This document shows positions 17,655 to 27,066 of a stretch of DNA of 33,865 bases, piece after piece; positions within the stretch are counted from its first letter, which is position 1; every line of letters begins with the position of its first letter. The position numbers and the translations under genes are program-made. The stretch is from Bdellovibrionales bacterium (GTDB lineage: Bacteria; Bdellovibrionota; Bdellovibrionia; Bdellovibrionales; UBA840). The notes beneath the pieces were generated by a model that was not told the DNA's origin, did no database searches, and was given only the letters and a program-made list of their open reading frames with translations. The stretch is from assembly GCA_037969075.1 (NCBI GenBank), contig JBBKWS010000024.1, positions 1 through 33,865 of the forward strand. Reading direction: 5' to 3'.

Positions 17655-19424
17655 CTAAAAATAAAAACTATAATCCACAAAATATTTACGCAGTGGCTCC
17701 GGGTAAGCTACATCAAAAACTTTTTGCTCGGCAAAAATATTATCCACGCCTAAACCGATTTCAAAATTCTTAAATCCATAAGTGCTTACATGTAAATTGG
17801 TCGTTGTCCAATTGTCGGCTCGCCTTAAACCATTGGTAAAATCTTGCAAATAATATTTATACCAAGTTTGTACTTGCGGCTGAATTTTAATAAAACCGTA
17901 ATAATACGTTAGACCAATCGATGTCTGTAGTCTTGGGCTTAGTGGCAGGGGTTCACCGCTAGCATTTTTAGTTTTCATGTAATTTGCAGATAGATCGATA
18001 TCAAAATGCAAAGTCTTTATTTTAGATTCTGCCTCTATCCCTAAACTCGTAGCCTTGTCCTCATTTTGAGTTTTATATTTACCGCCAGTTAAAACGGTTT
18101 TAAAAATATCTTGGTAATCAATGCGGTAGGCTTTAATTTTATAAAAATCAGCAGTTTTTCCAATTTCAATTTGATGAGATGTTTCGGGGTTTAAATCAGA
18201 ATTTTTAGTAGAAAAAGAATCCTCTAAAAACAATGCATTCAATGTAGGGCTTCTATAGCCTTCAGTGTAAGCTGCGTAGCATGTGTTTTTGCTAAGAGTA
18301 AGGCCCTTAAGCCAAGCCTGGTATTTTTCTAGATAGCGAACTTGCGGTTCGATTATTAGCCCAAACTGTTGGTGCGCTTGTTGTATACCAATATCTAATT
18401 CGTTCTGATCAAACCTAGTAATAGCAGAGTATTCATTTCTTAAATGACTGTTGTTATACTGCAACTGCAGTAAATTGATAAAGTTGTCATTGATTAGACT
18501 TTCTAAGTGTAAAACAGCATTGGTGTTTTGATTTTGAATATTCGAGTAACTACCTGACTGCAAATTCTCATTTTCGGTTTTTAGATAGGAGACTTGTCCT
18601 TTAATTACGTTATTGGCATTTACATTTATTTCATTGTAATGAGTTACAAATAAAGCTTGTTGATTGTAATTGTTTTCAGAAAAACCAAGGACTGCTGGGG
18701 TCATTCCATTTTTTTTACCAAATAAGATCGAGGTAAAAGATTCTTTATAAAAGTAGGTCGCAGATGCTCGTCTCCAATCGGATTGATTTGGCTTCCACCT
18801 ACCATCACTAAACCCTAATCCCGAGTCGTGATCATAAGAATTATTAAAGGTTTCACTAAAGTATGTAAGCTGCAATTGTGAGTCTTTGGTTTTTAAAGGA
18901 CTGTATTTTACTGATCCAGAGTATTGATCAAAACTACCGGCAAATAATTTTATTTTATTTCTATCATCTCTGCTTGGTAAAAACCTAAATGCCCCGCCCG
19001 TTGCCTTTGACCCAAAATATAAAGAGGCTGGACCTTTATAAACATACATAGAATCAAAAATCTCTTCACCCAAAAGTACAAAGGCGGGGCCGCTACCGTC
19101 CCCAGCTTGCAGCGGTGCTAAGCCAAAAAGTGTGAGAGTGCGATCTGCCGCAAGAGAGCCGCGAATGGATAAAGATGGCGATCCGTTTGATCTGGCTTGC
19201 AGGCCACCTTGTTTTTGTAGTGAGTCTATAAATGAAAAATTAGTATTAGTGTCTAGCTCTATATGGTCTGCGCTGCGAGTAGTGAATAGATCAATAGGGT
19301 TTCCAAGAATTAAAGTTTCTTGCTTTATCTCTGCCGCATGGGCAGCAGAGATAAGAATGCTAAGTACTAAGACCTTCAGGAATACGCATTTCGCGCACAC
19401 TCTCGGCAATAGATTTGTGTTCAT
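17655..19424 (-). CDS. TonB-dependent outer-membrane receptor (BtuB-like size)
   Basis: Plug motifs SLSIRG and YKGPASLYFGS.A.GG; EGYRSPTL..L, N.DLNPE, GVDNIF; C-terminal YSFYF. Start uncertain (19478, 19424 or later); overlaps the nagZ 3' end. Confidence 0.88.
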   Translation of the reverse strand: MNTNLLPRVCAKCVFLKVLVLSILISAAHAAEIKQETLILGNPIDLFTTRSADHIELDTNTNFSFIDSLQKQGGLQARSNGSPSLSIRGSLAADRTLTLFGLAPLQAGDGSGPAFVLLGEEIFDSMYVYKGPASLYFGSKATGGAFRFLPSRDDRNKIKLFAGSFDQYSGSVKYSPLKTKDSQLQLTYFSETFNNSYDHDSGLGFSDGRWKPNQSDWRRASATYFYKESFTSILFGKKNGMTPAVLGFSENNYNQQALFVTHYNEINVNANNVIKGQVSYLKTENENLQSGSYSNIQNQNTNAVLHLESLINDNFINLLQLQYNNSHLRNEYSAITRFDQNELDIGIQQAHQQFGLIIEPQVRYLEKYQAWLKGLTLSKNTCYAAYTEGYRSPTLNALFLEDSFSTKNSDLNPETSHQIEIGKTADFYKIKAYRIDYQDIFKTVLTGGKYKTQNEDKATSLGIEAESKIKTLHFDIDLSANYMKTKNASGEPLPLSPRLQTSIGLTYYYGFIKIQPQVQTWYKYYLQDFTNGLRRADNWTTTNLHVSTYGFKNFEIGLGVDNIFAEQKVFDVAYPEPLRKYFVDYSFYF

Positions 19425-20466
19425 CACAGCCCACAATCTTATTAACTTCATCTTTTGGTAATGGTCCAACATGCTCAATTCTTTCAGCTTTTAATTGAAT
19501 CATTTTATCGTAGTTTTTCTGAATAACTTCAAGGGGTATTTCTTTGTTTTCCACGGCCTTTATTACTGCCTCTAATCCAATCTTATGTGATTCGGGTTCA
19601 TTGCAATATAATAGTACATGCGCACCAGCCTTTAGAGACTGCACAGGAATTATTTTTCTGTCGTAGTGATTTGTAAGAGCCTTCATATCTAAATCGTCAG
19701 TGATTACTATTTTTCTAAAACCTGTTTCTTTGATTAAGTCTTGTAAAAATTTCTCAGATAAAGTCACAGGCCACTCTGGATCAATATTGTTAAATTTAAT
19801 ATGTGCTGTCATTACCATATCTACACGGGCGCGAAATGTTTTTTTGAAAGCCTGGATTTCGCGAGCTGATAACTCTTCCCAAGTTAAACTCTCTTCTGGC
19901 AAGGCCTCATGGCTATCGATAATAGTGTTGCCGTGACCAGGAAAGTGTTTAGCACAAGTGATAATGCCAGCATTGATGTAACCTCTAACAAGTGCAGATC
20001 CATGTTTTCCTACGATGTCTGGATCTTCACCAAGAGAACGGTCACCGATAAGTACGTTCTGTAAATTCGTTAATACGTCTACACAAGGAGCAAAGTCTAA
20101 ATTTATTCCCACGGCATTTAGTTCTCGTCCCATGCACTCGGCGTATTTAAAAGTAAGAGCCGCAGAATCAAGGTCTCCCAGCTTGCGAACGGGAGGCCAA
20201 ATAGTAAATGGTTCTTTTAACCTTGCTACGCGGCCACCTTCCATATCGATTGCGATAATTAGAGGAGCATTATTAGCAGATTTTAATCTTGTGTCTTGAA
20301 TTTCTTGTATTAACGAACAAATTTGTTCTAAGGATTCAATGTTTCTACCAAATAGAGTTACTCCGCCAATATTATTTTCTGTTAAGAATTTTTTTTCTTC
20401 AGTGCTTAGGGTTTTTCCTTGCACACCGATCATCATGATATTGCCAACTAATTCATTTATCTTCAT
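19360..20466 (-). CDS. nagZ: Beta-N-acetylhexosaminidase (GH3), cytoplasmic
   Basis: GGVTLFGRN, DMEGGRVARL, KHFPGHG...DSH, MTAH, ITDDLDM; no signal peptide. Confidence 0.96.
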   Translation of the reverse strand: MKINELVGNIMMIGVQGKTLSTEEKKFLTENNIGGVTLFGRNIESLEQICSLIQEIQDTRLKSANNAPLIIAIDMEGGRVARLKEPFTIWPPVRKLGDLDSAALTFKYAECMGRELNAVGINLDFAPCVDVLTNLQNVLIGDRSLGEDPDIVGKHGSALVRGYINAGIITCAKHFPGHGNTIIDSHEALPEESLTWEELSAREIQAFKKTFRARVDMVMTAHIKFNNIDPEWPVTLSEKFLQDLIKETGFRKIVITDDLDMKALTNHYDRKIIPVQSLKAGAHVLLYCNEPESHKIGLEAVIKAVENKEIPLEVIQKNYDKMIQLKAERIEHVGPLPKDEVNKIVGCDEHKSIAESVREMRIPEGLST

Positions 20467-20478
20467 ATCTCATCCGCA

Positions 20479-21300
20479 TTAAGAAGTTTTCTTAGGATCT
20501 AGTATATCTCGTAAACCATCCCCAAGTAAATTAAAACCAAGAACTAAAAGTACAATGAACAGACCAGGAAATATACTTATGTGAGGTGCATCTAAGAGGG
20601 CCTGTCTGCCAGAGTTTAGTAAAGCCCCCCAACTAGGCACATCTGGAGGTACCCCTAAGCCTAAAAAACTTAAACCAGATTCAGAAATAATAGTGCCGGC
20701 CATGCCAAAACTTATTTGTACAATTAGTGGGCCCAATAGGTTGGGCCAAATATGCCATACAAGTATGCGAGGAACTTTGGCGCCAATGGCCCGTGCTGAT
20801 TGCACATACTCTCTAGTTTTCAAATGTAAAACTTCGCCTCGTACAAGCCTTGCGTACCCTGTCCAGCCAGTAATACATAGAGCAAATATTAAATTTCTTA
20901 ATGATGGTCCAAGTACAGCAACAACAGCGATCGCTAATAAAAAACCAGGAAAAGCATAAAGCATATCAATGATACGCATCAATAGTTGGTCAATTTTTCC
21001 GCCGTAATAACCCGCGATAGACCCAAAAATTAAACCTAAAAACATAGAGATGCCCACAACAAAAATGGCAACTAATAAACTAACTCTGGCACCAAAGACC
21101 ACCTTACTAAACACATCACTTCCATTTTGATCCAGGCCAAAAATATGATTGGCAGAGGGCGATAGAAAACGCTGTGATAAATTCATAGAATTTGGGTCTT
21201 GCGAGCTAAACAGTGGAGCAAAGATTGCCATGATTAACATGGTTAAAATAATAAAGCTGCCCACATAAATAAAATAATATTTTTTATTTAATAATTTCAT
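20479..21300 (-). CDS. Peptide/nickel ABC transporter permease (DppC/OppC-like)
   Basis: HIFGLDQNGSD, GARVSL, EAA loop EYVQSARAIGA, ESGLSFLGLG, FNLLGDGLRDILDP. Confidence 0.95.
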   Translation of the reverse strand: MKLLNKKYYFIYVGSFIILTMLIMAIFAPLFSSQDPNSMNLSQRFLSPSANHIFGLDQNGSDVFSKVVFGARVSLLVAIFVVGISMFLGLIFGSIAGYYGGKIDQLLMRIIDMLYAFPGFLLAIAVVAVLGPSLRNLIFALCITGWTGYARLVRGEVLHLKTREYVQSARAIGAKVPRILVWHIWPNLLGPLIVQISFGMAGTIISESGLSFLGLGVPPDVPSWGALLNSGRQALLDAPHISIFPGLFIVLLVLGFNLLGDGLRDILDPKKTS

Positions 21301-22217
21301 TCGTACCTAACTTTAGGGTTCGCCCACGCGTAGGCTAGATCAACCAATAAATTTACTAGTACATAAGTCACTGATATAAATATAATGCAGGCCTGTACCT
21401 GTGGATAATTGCGCTGTTGTATACCGCTGAATAATAGGGTTCCAACGCCCGGCCAATCAAAAATAGTTTCAGTAATTACGGTTCCTGTAAGGAGTGCCCC
21501 AAATTGTAATCCAATAATAGTTATGATTGGCATCATTGCATTTCTAAGGGCGTGTTTAAAATAAATAGTTCTCTCGCTTAATCCCTTGGATCTAGCTGTA
21601 CGAATGTAATCTTCTTTGATAACTTCAAGCATTGAGGCCCGGGTCATCCGCAATAAAATTGATCCCAGGGCAAGTGCTAAGCTGATCGCGGGCAGAATTA
21701 AATGTTCAATGCCGCCCCTCTCACTTACGGGTAGTAGGTCTAACTGTATCGAAAAGACCAAAATTAACATTGGTCCAAGCCAAAATCCAGGGACCGACAT
21801 ACCCAAAAGTCCCACCGACATAATGATCTGATCAAACAGCGAGTGTTGTTTGACAGCTGCAATGGTACCTAAAGGAAGGGCAAAGAAAATGGCGATTAAC
21901 ATAGCGGCTATCGTTAGTTCGGCAGTTGCCGGAAAACGCTTTGCAATTTCTTCTACCACAGGCCTGCCGCTTTGTAGCGATCTACCAAGATCAAGACGAA
22001 CAAGACCTTTTAAGAAATGACCATATTGGACAGCGATTGACTGATCTAAACCTAGTTCTTTGCGAAGAGAGATTTTTTCTTCTAAAGACGCTTGCTCACC
22101 AAGCATAATGTCTACGGGGTCACCTGGAATTAGGTGAATTAAAAAAAATGATATTGTGCAAACACCAAATATTAGTGGAATCGTTAATAATAGACGCTTG
22201 ACGATATATTGTAACAT
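21297..22217 (-). CDS. Peptide/nickel ABC transporter permease (DppB/OppB-like)
   Basis: PGDP, LGLD, DLGRS, PGFWLG, DYIRTARSKGL, HALRNA, ETIFDWPGVG, NPKVR. Confidence 0.95.
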   Translation of the reverse strand: MLQYIVKRLLLTIPLIFGVCTISFFLIHLIPGDPVDIMLGEQASLEEKISLRKELGLDQSIAVQYGHFLKGLVRLDLGRSLQSGRPVVEEIAKRFPATAELTIAAMLIAIFFALPLGTIAAVKQHSLFDQIIMSVGLLGMSVPGFWLGPMLILVFSIQLDLLPVSERGGIEHLILPAISLALALGSILLRMTRASMLEVIKEDYIRTARSKGLSERTIYFKHALRNAMMPIITIIGLQFGALLTGTVITETIFDWPGVGTLLFSGIQQRNYPQVQACIIFISVTYVLVNLLVDLAYAWANPKVRYE

Positions 22218-22936
22218 TATTTTTTAGAAACCTCTGGAACTGTCCCAAATAAAGTTTTCAAAATAGCTTCTGGATATGGAATCTCTCCAACAGCTTCTTT
22301 TTTAGTGGCAACCCATTTTGTTGTTAACTTTGTAATGGGGTTATCGGTCTCCATGATGACACCTTTTGGATTCATATAACTATAAAACCGATTTTGCTTA
22401 AAATCGTTTAGAATTCGGTAGGTGTCATTTTTTTGCTCTAAAATTTCTACCTTACCCTTGCTAATTTGCCCATCTTCTTCAGCAATAGCCTCATAGTTAT
22501 AGTTTTTTCCCTGTATAAGGCCGCGCTTAAGCATTTTTTGTGTTAAAAACGCCGAGAAAAATACATCTTTGTTAGGGTCAAGTTTGGTCTGAATTGTTCT
22601 TTTGGCCTTATCTTCAGTGATTGTACCGTACAAGACATTCTTTCTAACTACACTGTCTATTGTTTTTGTCTTTTTACCAACCAACAGGGTGTATTGATAT
22701 GAAATAGGTTCTGACTTTTCAGCAGTTGCGTAGGCCTTTAAACTCTCTGTAATACTTCCGCCGGCATCATTGGTTTTGGTGAATGTGGTTATAATGAATT
22801 GGTTTTTATCAGAGATAAACTCTTCTCGTATTATGGCATAACCGATGTGTGATCCTGAAGATTCGATCTTTTGGTAGTATTCACTTACAATACTTGCGTG
22901 TACAAAGGTGTTTAAAAGTAGGCAAATAAAAAGCAT
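22217..22936 (-). CDS. Hypothetical exported protein translationally coupled to the DppB-like permease
   Basis: GAGG SD before ATG 22936, signal peptide (VHA|S); the stop overlaps the permease start by 1 nt (TAATG). Confidence 0.8.
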   Translation of the reverse strand: MLFICLLLNTFVHASIVSEYYQKIESSGSHIGYAIIREEFISDKNQFIITTFTKTNDAGGSITESLKAYATAEKSEPISYQYTLLVGKKTKTIDSVVRKNVLYGTITEDKAKRTIQTKLDPNKDVFFSAFLTQKMLKRGLIQGKNYNYEAIAEEDGQISKGKVEILEQKNDTYRILNDFKQNRFYSYMNPKGVIMETDNPITKLTTKWVATKKEAVGEIPYPEAILKTLFGTVPEVSKK

Positions 22937-23059
22937 GGGTACCTCACTAGGGTTAAGTCTGAGATGAAAGGAGGTATAAGTCAAAAAAAACTACTAGTCT
23001 TTTGTAGGGGATGCAGAATGAAACATACCTCTATTCATAGATTTTATTACAATAGGTTT

Positions 23060-24970
23060 ATGCGCAGACAACACGGGCAGATGACCATCTTTATTGCTTT
23101 TATATTTCAGATTCTATTCGTATTTTTTGCGATGACTATCAATGTAGGTATGATGGTGCATGATAAGATTAATTTGCAGAACTCCATTGATCTGGCTGCA
23201 TTTTACGGAGCTCAACGCCAAGCTGAGGTTTTAAACGTTATTGCCCATACAAATTACCAAATCAGACAATCTTGGAAGCTTCTTAGCTGGAGAATCAGGG
23301 CAATGGGTGATGTCGGTAGAGGGGGACACCCTGGACAAGGAAACCTTAGGGTCACATTTAATGGAAATGATACCGCATGGGCAGGAGCAGTAAGGGGTGT
23401 CGACTCTGACTTAGGAATTTGTGTGACTTTTGATAAGTGGACGTTTCCTAGATCAGTGGAGAATATTTGCGGTAAGGGTGGTAACAAGATTAGTGTGCCT
23501 GATATTCCACAACTGCAAATTGCGTTCTTTCCATGGGATTTTTTAACTCAAAATATTTTATCTGATCTTAGAGATGATTTTTTAGATCAATGTAAAGGGA
23601 TGGGACAATACAATTTTTATATGGGAGTAAGGTGGCTTGGAACCTACAGAATGAATATTGGTATCAGGCAAAAGCTTATTAATAAAATGGCCGAATTTTT
23701 AAAGGACTTTAAAGATATTAAGGGCGAGAGCATTGAAGAGGGAATGCTAGCGACCTTTAGAGCGAATTTAACAAGAGCTAACCTGGAAAGCTTGGATAAT
23801 AATACCGGTGAATTTCAAATTTTAAATTCGATGGCATCCGTTGAAAAAGACGATTGGCTTCCCAACGTAAAAATAATCCCTTTTGTGCCATATACAGATA
23901 TTTTTCAGGGCGCTAGCGGGTGTGGTGGAGCGATTAAGCACGTAACCTTTCCTCCAAAAGATACCCCTGATGTTGCGCGGGGTCAGTATGAGGGATATGT
24001 CTACGAACCACCAAACGGCTCAGATGAAGATTTCCATTCTACAAAAGGTGTAGAAAAAAACCCGTGGTATATTACCTACACAGGCGCTAAGGCAACCACT
24101 GCGCCAAGAAAACCATTTTTTCCGTTTGGAACGCCAGTAAATTTAGAGGCAAGAGCATTCGCGCAGCCTTTTGGCGGAAGAGTAGGCCCTTGGTCAAAAA
24201 AAGCATGGTTGAGAGAAGCGGGGCATAAGCAAAGTGGGGATACAGTAGACAAACTTTTGCCTACCGAATTTACTGCTGGGAGTACATCGAACACTTTTGG
24301 TGTAGAAAATATTCCTAACTATTCTAGATTTCCAAATGATGAGATTGGTATTAAGTCAGCCGCAAGTTTAGCCACGTCACTTTTTACTAAAGGAACGAAT
24401 CAAAATTTTAATGTAAAACTATATGATCATTTGCCCGACCAAGCAACTATTGATCCTTTGGCAAAAAAAGCTAGGTCAGATGACTGGCAAAGAAGATATG
24501 AGATTTCTGTAATTTCTCCTGATCTTTTTGATATTCAATATTACTCTATACAGCCCAAGTTTTACGAATCCTATCTTAAAAAAATGGAGCCGATATTTGA
24601 CAGGCAGCTTGTGATGCCACTAGATTACGGGTCAGACGAAAATATTAAATTTAGCGTGCAGCAGCAGGTGGCAACGGCAACGGCGATTAGTGTGTTTAGA
24701 CAGGCATACTTTATAATTAATAGTTGGGAGCAGGTCCTAACATCGTGGGTGCCCGCGGGGACTATAGATTACTCATTTCCCTCTGAAAAATTTGGAAAAT
24801 GTCCCGTTGTCCCAGATAAGATTGCTACTGATAGCAACTGTATCGCAGGCGGTAGATCAGGGTATTCTGTTAAGATAGTGTCTAGGGGTTTTTTAAATAG
24901 TAAGGAACTATCATTGGGAGGAGACCCAAATATAAAGGGGCCCATTTTTAATGCTCCAGCAGATTTTTAA
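23060..24970 (+). CDS. TadG-like Flp/Tad pilus pseudopilin-related protein
   Basis: N-terminal RRQHGQ-hydrophobic helix-LQNSIDLAAFYGA Tad motif; likely start ATG 23060, preceded by TACAAT. Confidence 0.8.
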   Translation: MRRQHGQMTIFIAFIFQILFVFFAMTINVGMMVHDKINLQNSIDLAAFYGAQRQAEVLNVIAHTNYQIRQSWKLLSWRIRAMGDVGRGGHPGQGNLRVTFNGNDTAWAGAVRGVDSDLGICVTFDKWTFPRSVENICGKGGNKISVPDIPQLQIAFFPWDFLTQNILSDLRDDFLDQCKGMGQYNFYMGVRWLGTYRMNIGIRQKLINKMAEFLKDFKDIKGESIEEGMLATFRANLTRANLESLDNNTGEFQILNSMASVEKDDWLPNVKIIPFVPYTDIFQGASGCGGAIKHVTFPPKDTPDVARGQYEGYVYEPPNGSDEDFHSTKGVEKNPWYITYTGAKATTAPRKPFFPFGTPVNLEARAFAQPFGGRVGPWSKKAWLREAGHKQSGDTVDKLLPTEFTAGSTSNTFGVENIPNYSRFPNDEIGIKSAASLATSLFTKGTNQNFNVKLYDHLPDQATIDPLAKKARSDDWQRRYEISVISPDLFDIQYYSIQPKFYESYLKKMEPIFDRQLVMPLDYGSDENIKFSVQQQVATATAISVFRQAYFIINSWEQVLTSWVPAGTIDYSFPSEKFGKCPVVPDKIATDSNCIAGGRSGYSVKIVSRGFLNSKELSLGGDPNIKGPIFNAPADF

Positions 24971-25008
24971 TTTTTTAGCCAATAAAATAAAAGCATAGGA
25001 ACTTATAA

Positions 25009-26091
25009 ATGAAAACGATAAAGAATATTTTAGGTATTATGAACGGCACTTCGTTGGATGGAATTGACTTGGTTTTATGTAAAAAGACTGGCAATAAAAA
25101 TATTTCCTATATGTCCCATGCGGGCATTAAGTTTCCACCCCTACTGAGAAAAAAATTATTAAGTGCTACGCAAAATACATTAACGTCAGGTGAAGCTAGT
25201 CTATTAAACCATGAATTGGGACGTTATTACGCTGAGTCCATAAAGAAAATAGTAAAACGTAAAAAATGGAAAGTTGATTTAGTTGGGCTTCATGGACAAA
25301 CAATATTTCATAAATCAGGTAAAGCGAGTCTTCAAATAGGAGAGGCAAGTTATTTAGCACAAACTTTAAATTGCAGAGTGGTTTCAGATTTTAGGCAAGC
25401 AGACATTGCTGCTGGAGGAAGAGGCGCACCAATAGCAGGGATATTTCATCAAAAGGTTGTGGATACAAACAGAGCTGTTGCCCTTCATAATATTGGTGGC
25501 ATATCTAATCTAACCTTCATTAAGAATAAGCGTGTGGAAGCCAGTTTTGATACAGGCCCAGGGAATTTATTGATGGACTCTTTTTGTCAAAAATATTTAG
25601 GAATCTCCTTTGATGAAAATGGGGGGCTGGCAAAAAAAGGATTGATACGCGTAGATCTTTTACTAAAATTACTTCGTCATCCGTATTTACAGCAAAAGCC
25701 GCCAAAATCATGTGGCCGTGAAGAGTTTGGCCCTAACTTTTTAAAGCGCTTTGATGGAATTATTAAAAAGATGAAAAAGCAAGATGTCTTGGCCACTCTC
25801 ACTGAGTTTACTGCCCTTACCGTTGCGGACGCATATAAGAAAAATAAAATTCTCCCAGAAGTCATATATTTTTGTGGCGGGGGAGCAAAAAATAAATTTT
25901 TACTCAGTAGGATTTCGTATTACCTTCCTGAAATACAAGTTACCACAACTCAAGATTTAGGCTGGGACCCGCAACACATTGAAGGGGCGGCGTTTGCGTA
26001 TTTAGCCCTTCTTGGTATCAACCGCGTGCCGGGTAATATACCGAAGTGTAGCGGAGCTAAAAGGCCAGTGGTTCTAGGAAAAATTACCTAG
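25009..26091 (+). CDS. anmK: Anhydro-N-acetylmuramic acid kinase
   Basis: GIMNGTSLDGID, HGQTIFH, DFRQADIAAGGRGAP, NIGGISN, FDTGPGN, PPKSCGRE, CGGG..N, EGAAFA. Confidence 0.97.
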   Translation: MKTIKNILGIMNGTSLDGIDLVLCKKTGNKNISYMSHAGIKFPPLLRKKLLSATQNTLTSGEASLLNHELGRYYAESIKKIVKRKKWKVDLVGLHGQTIFHKSGKASLQIGEASYLAQTLNCRVVSDFRQADIAAGGRGAPIAGIFHQKVVDTNRAVALHNIGGISNLTFIKNKRVEASFDTGPGNLLMDSFCQKYLGISFDENGGLAKKGLIRVDLLLKLLRHPYLQQKPPKSCGREEFGPNFLKRFDGIIKKMKKQDVLATLTEFTALTVADAYKKNKILPEVIYFCGGGAKNKFLLSRISYYLPEIQVTTTQDLGWDPQHIEGAAFAYLALLGINRVPGNIPKCSGAKRPVVLGKIT

Positions 26092-26094
26092 AGT

Positions 26095-27066
26095 TTATAA
26101 AATAAGTTTATCACGAATAGTGGTTCCAGGCTCAATAACTACGTTTTCAGAAACTACTGAATTAGTGATACTGCACCCGGCACCAACTTTTGCGCCCTGC
26201 TGCAGCCACACAAATCCATCAAATTCGGCGGATTCATCTACATCAACGCTTCCTTGTTTAAAAAGTAAAGGGGACTGCTTAAGTATTTCAGGAGTTATTT
26301 GTAAATACTTTTTTAATATTGATTTAAAGTGTGCAGATTCAGATAGTGCATCTACTTTATTAAAGACCTCTTGGTGTGCCAAAATATAATCAGCTTCGTT
26401 TCCTGTTTCATACCACTCACAGTTTATTGTCTGAACGGCCACGTGTTCTTGCTTTAAAAGAGGGGTTAGAGTGTCATACAGAATATTTGTTTCCTTTAAA
26501 GGGACTTGTTGCATGACCCTAGAGTTAAGGATCATTGTACCGACATAATGCTTAGGGCTAGCATTAGCAAAAGGCTGTTTTCCGAACCCAACTACGCGGT
26601 CCTCCTTGTCAACCCATACCGCACCAAATTTATTTCCGGCTTCTTTGTGATTCATCACAATAAGGGTAGCTAAACGCTCTTCTTCGTTATGTTTTTTGAT
26701 AGCTTCTTCTAATGTATTATCAAACGGAAAGTAAACCTCATCGCCATTGTGCAAAATAAAATTTTCATTTGTATCTAAAAATTGAGAGGCCGCCTTGATA
26801 GCCCCCGCACTTCCTAAAATTGTTGTGGTCTCATCGCTAAAATGAATAGGAAATTCTGGTTCAGCGTGTTTGATGATTCCAGATTTTAATTCTGCAGGTA
26901 GGTGGTGTAGATTAAAAATATAATTTTTAACACCCATACTTTTTAGTAGCTCATAGCCATAAAGATATAATGGGATCCCTAGGAAGGGGAGCAGTGCCTT
27001 AGGAGTTTTATTTGTATGCGGCCTAAATCTCGTCGCAAGACCTGCAGTTAAGAACAGTGCTTTCAT
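26095..27066 (-). CDS. murU: Nucleotidyltransferase, likely MurNAc-alpha-1-phosphate uridylyltransferase
   Basis: KALFLTAGLATRFRPHT..TPKALLP, NLHHL, ILGSAGAI, NGD, WYETG; ATGA-coupled to an amgK-like kinase. Specificity inferred from context. Confidence 0.75.
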   Translation of the reverse strand: MKALFLTAGLATRFRPHTNKTPKALLPFLGIPLYLYGYELLKSMGVKNYIFNLHHLPAELKSGIIKHAEPEFPIHFSDETTTILGSAGAIKAASQFLDTNENFILHNGDEVYFPFDNTLEEAIKKHNEEERLATLIVMNHKEAGNKFGAVWVDKEDRVVGFGKQPFANASPKHYVGTMILNSRVMQQVPLKETNILYDTLTPLLKQEHVAVQTINCEWYETGNEADYILAHQEVFNKVDALSESAHFKSILKKYLQITPEILKQSPLLFKQGSVDVDESAEFDGFVWLQQGAKVGAGCSITNSVVSENVVIEPGTTIRDKLIL

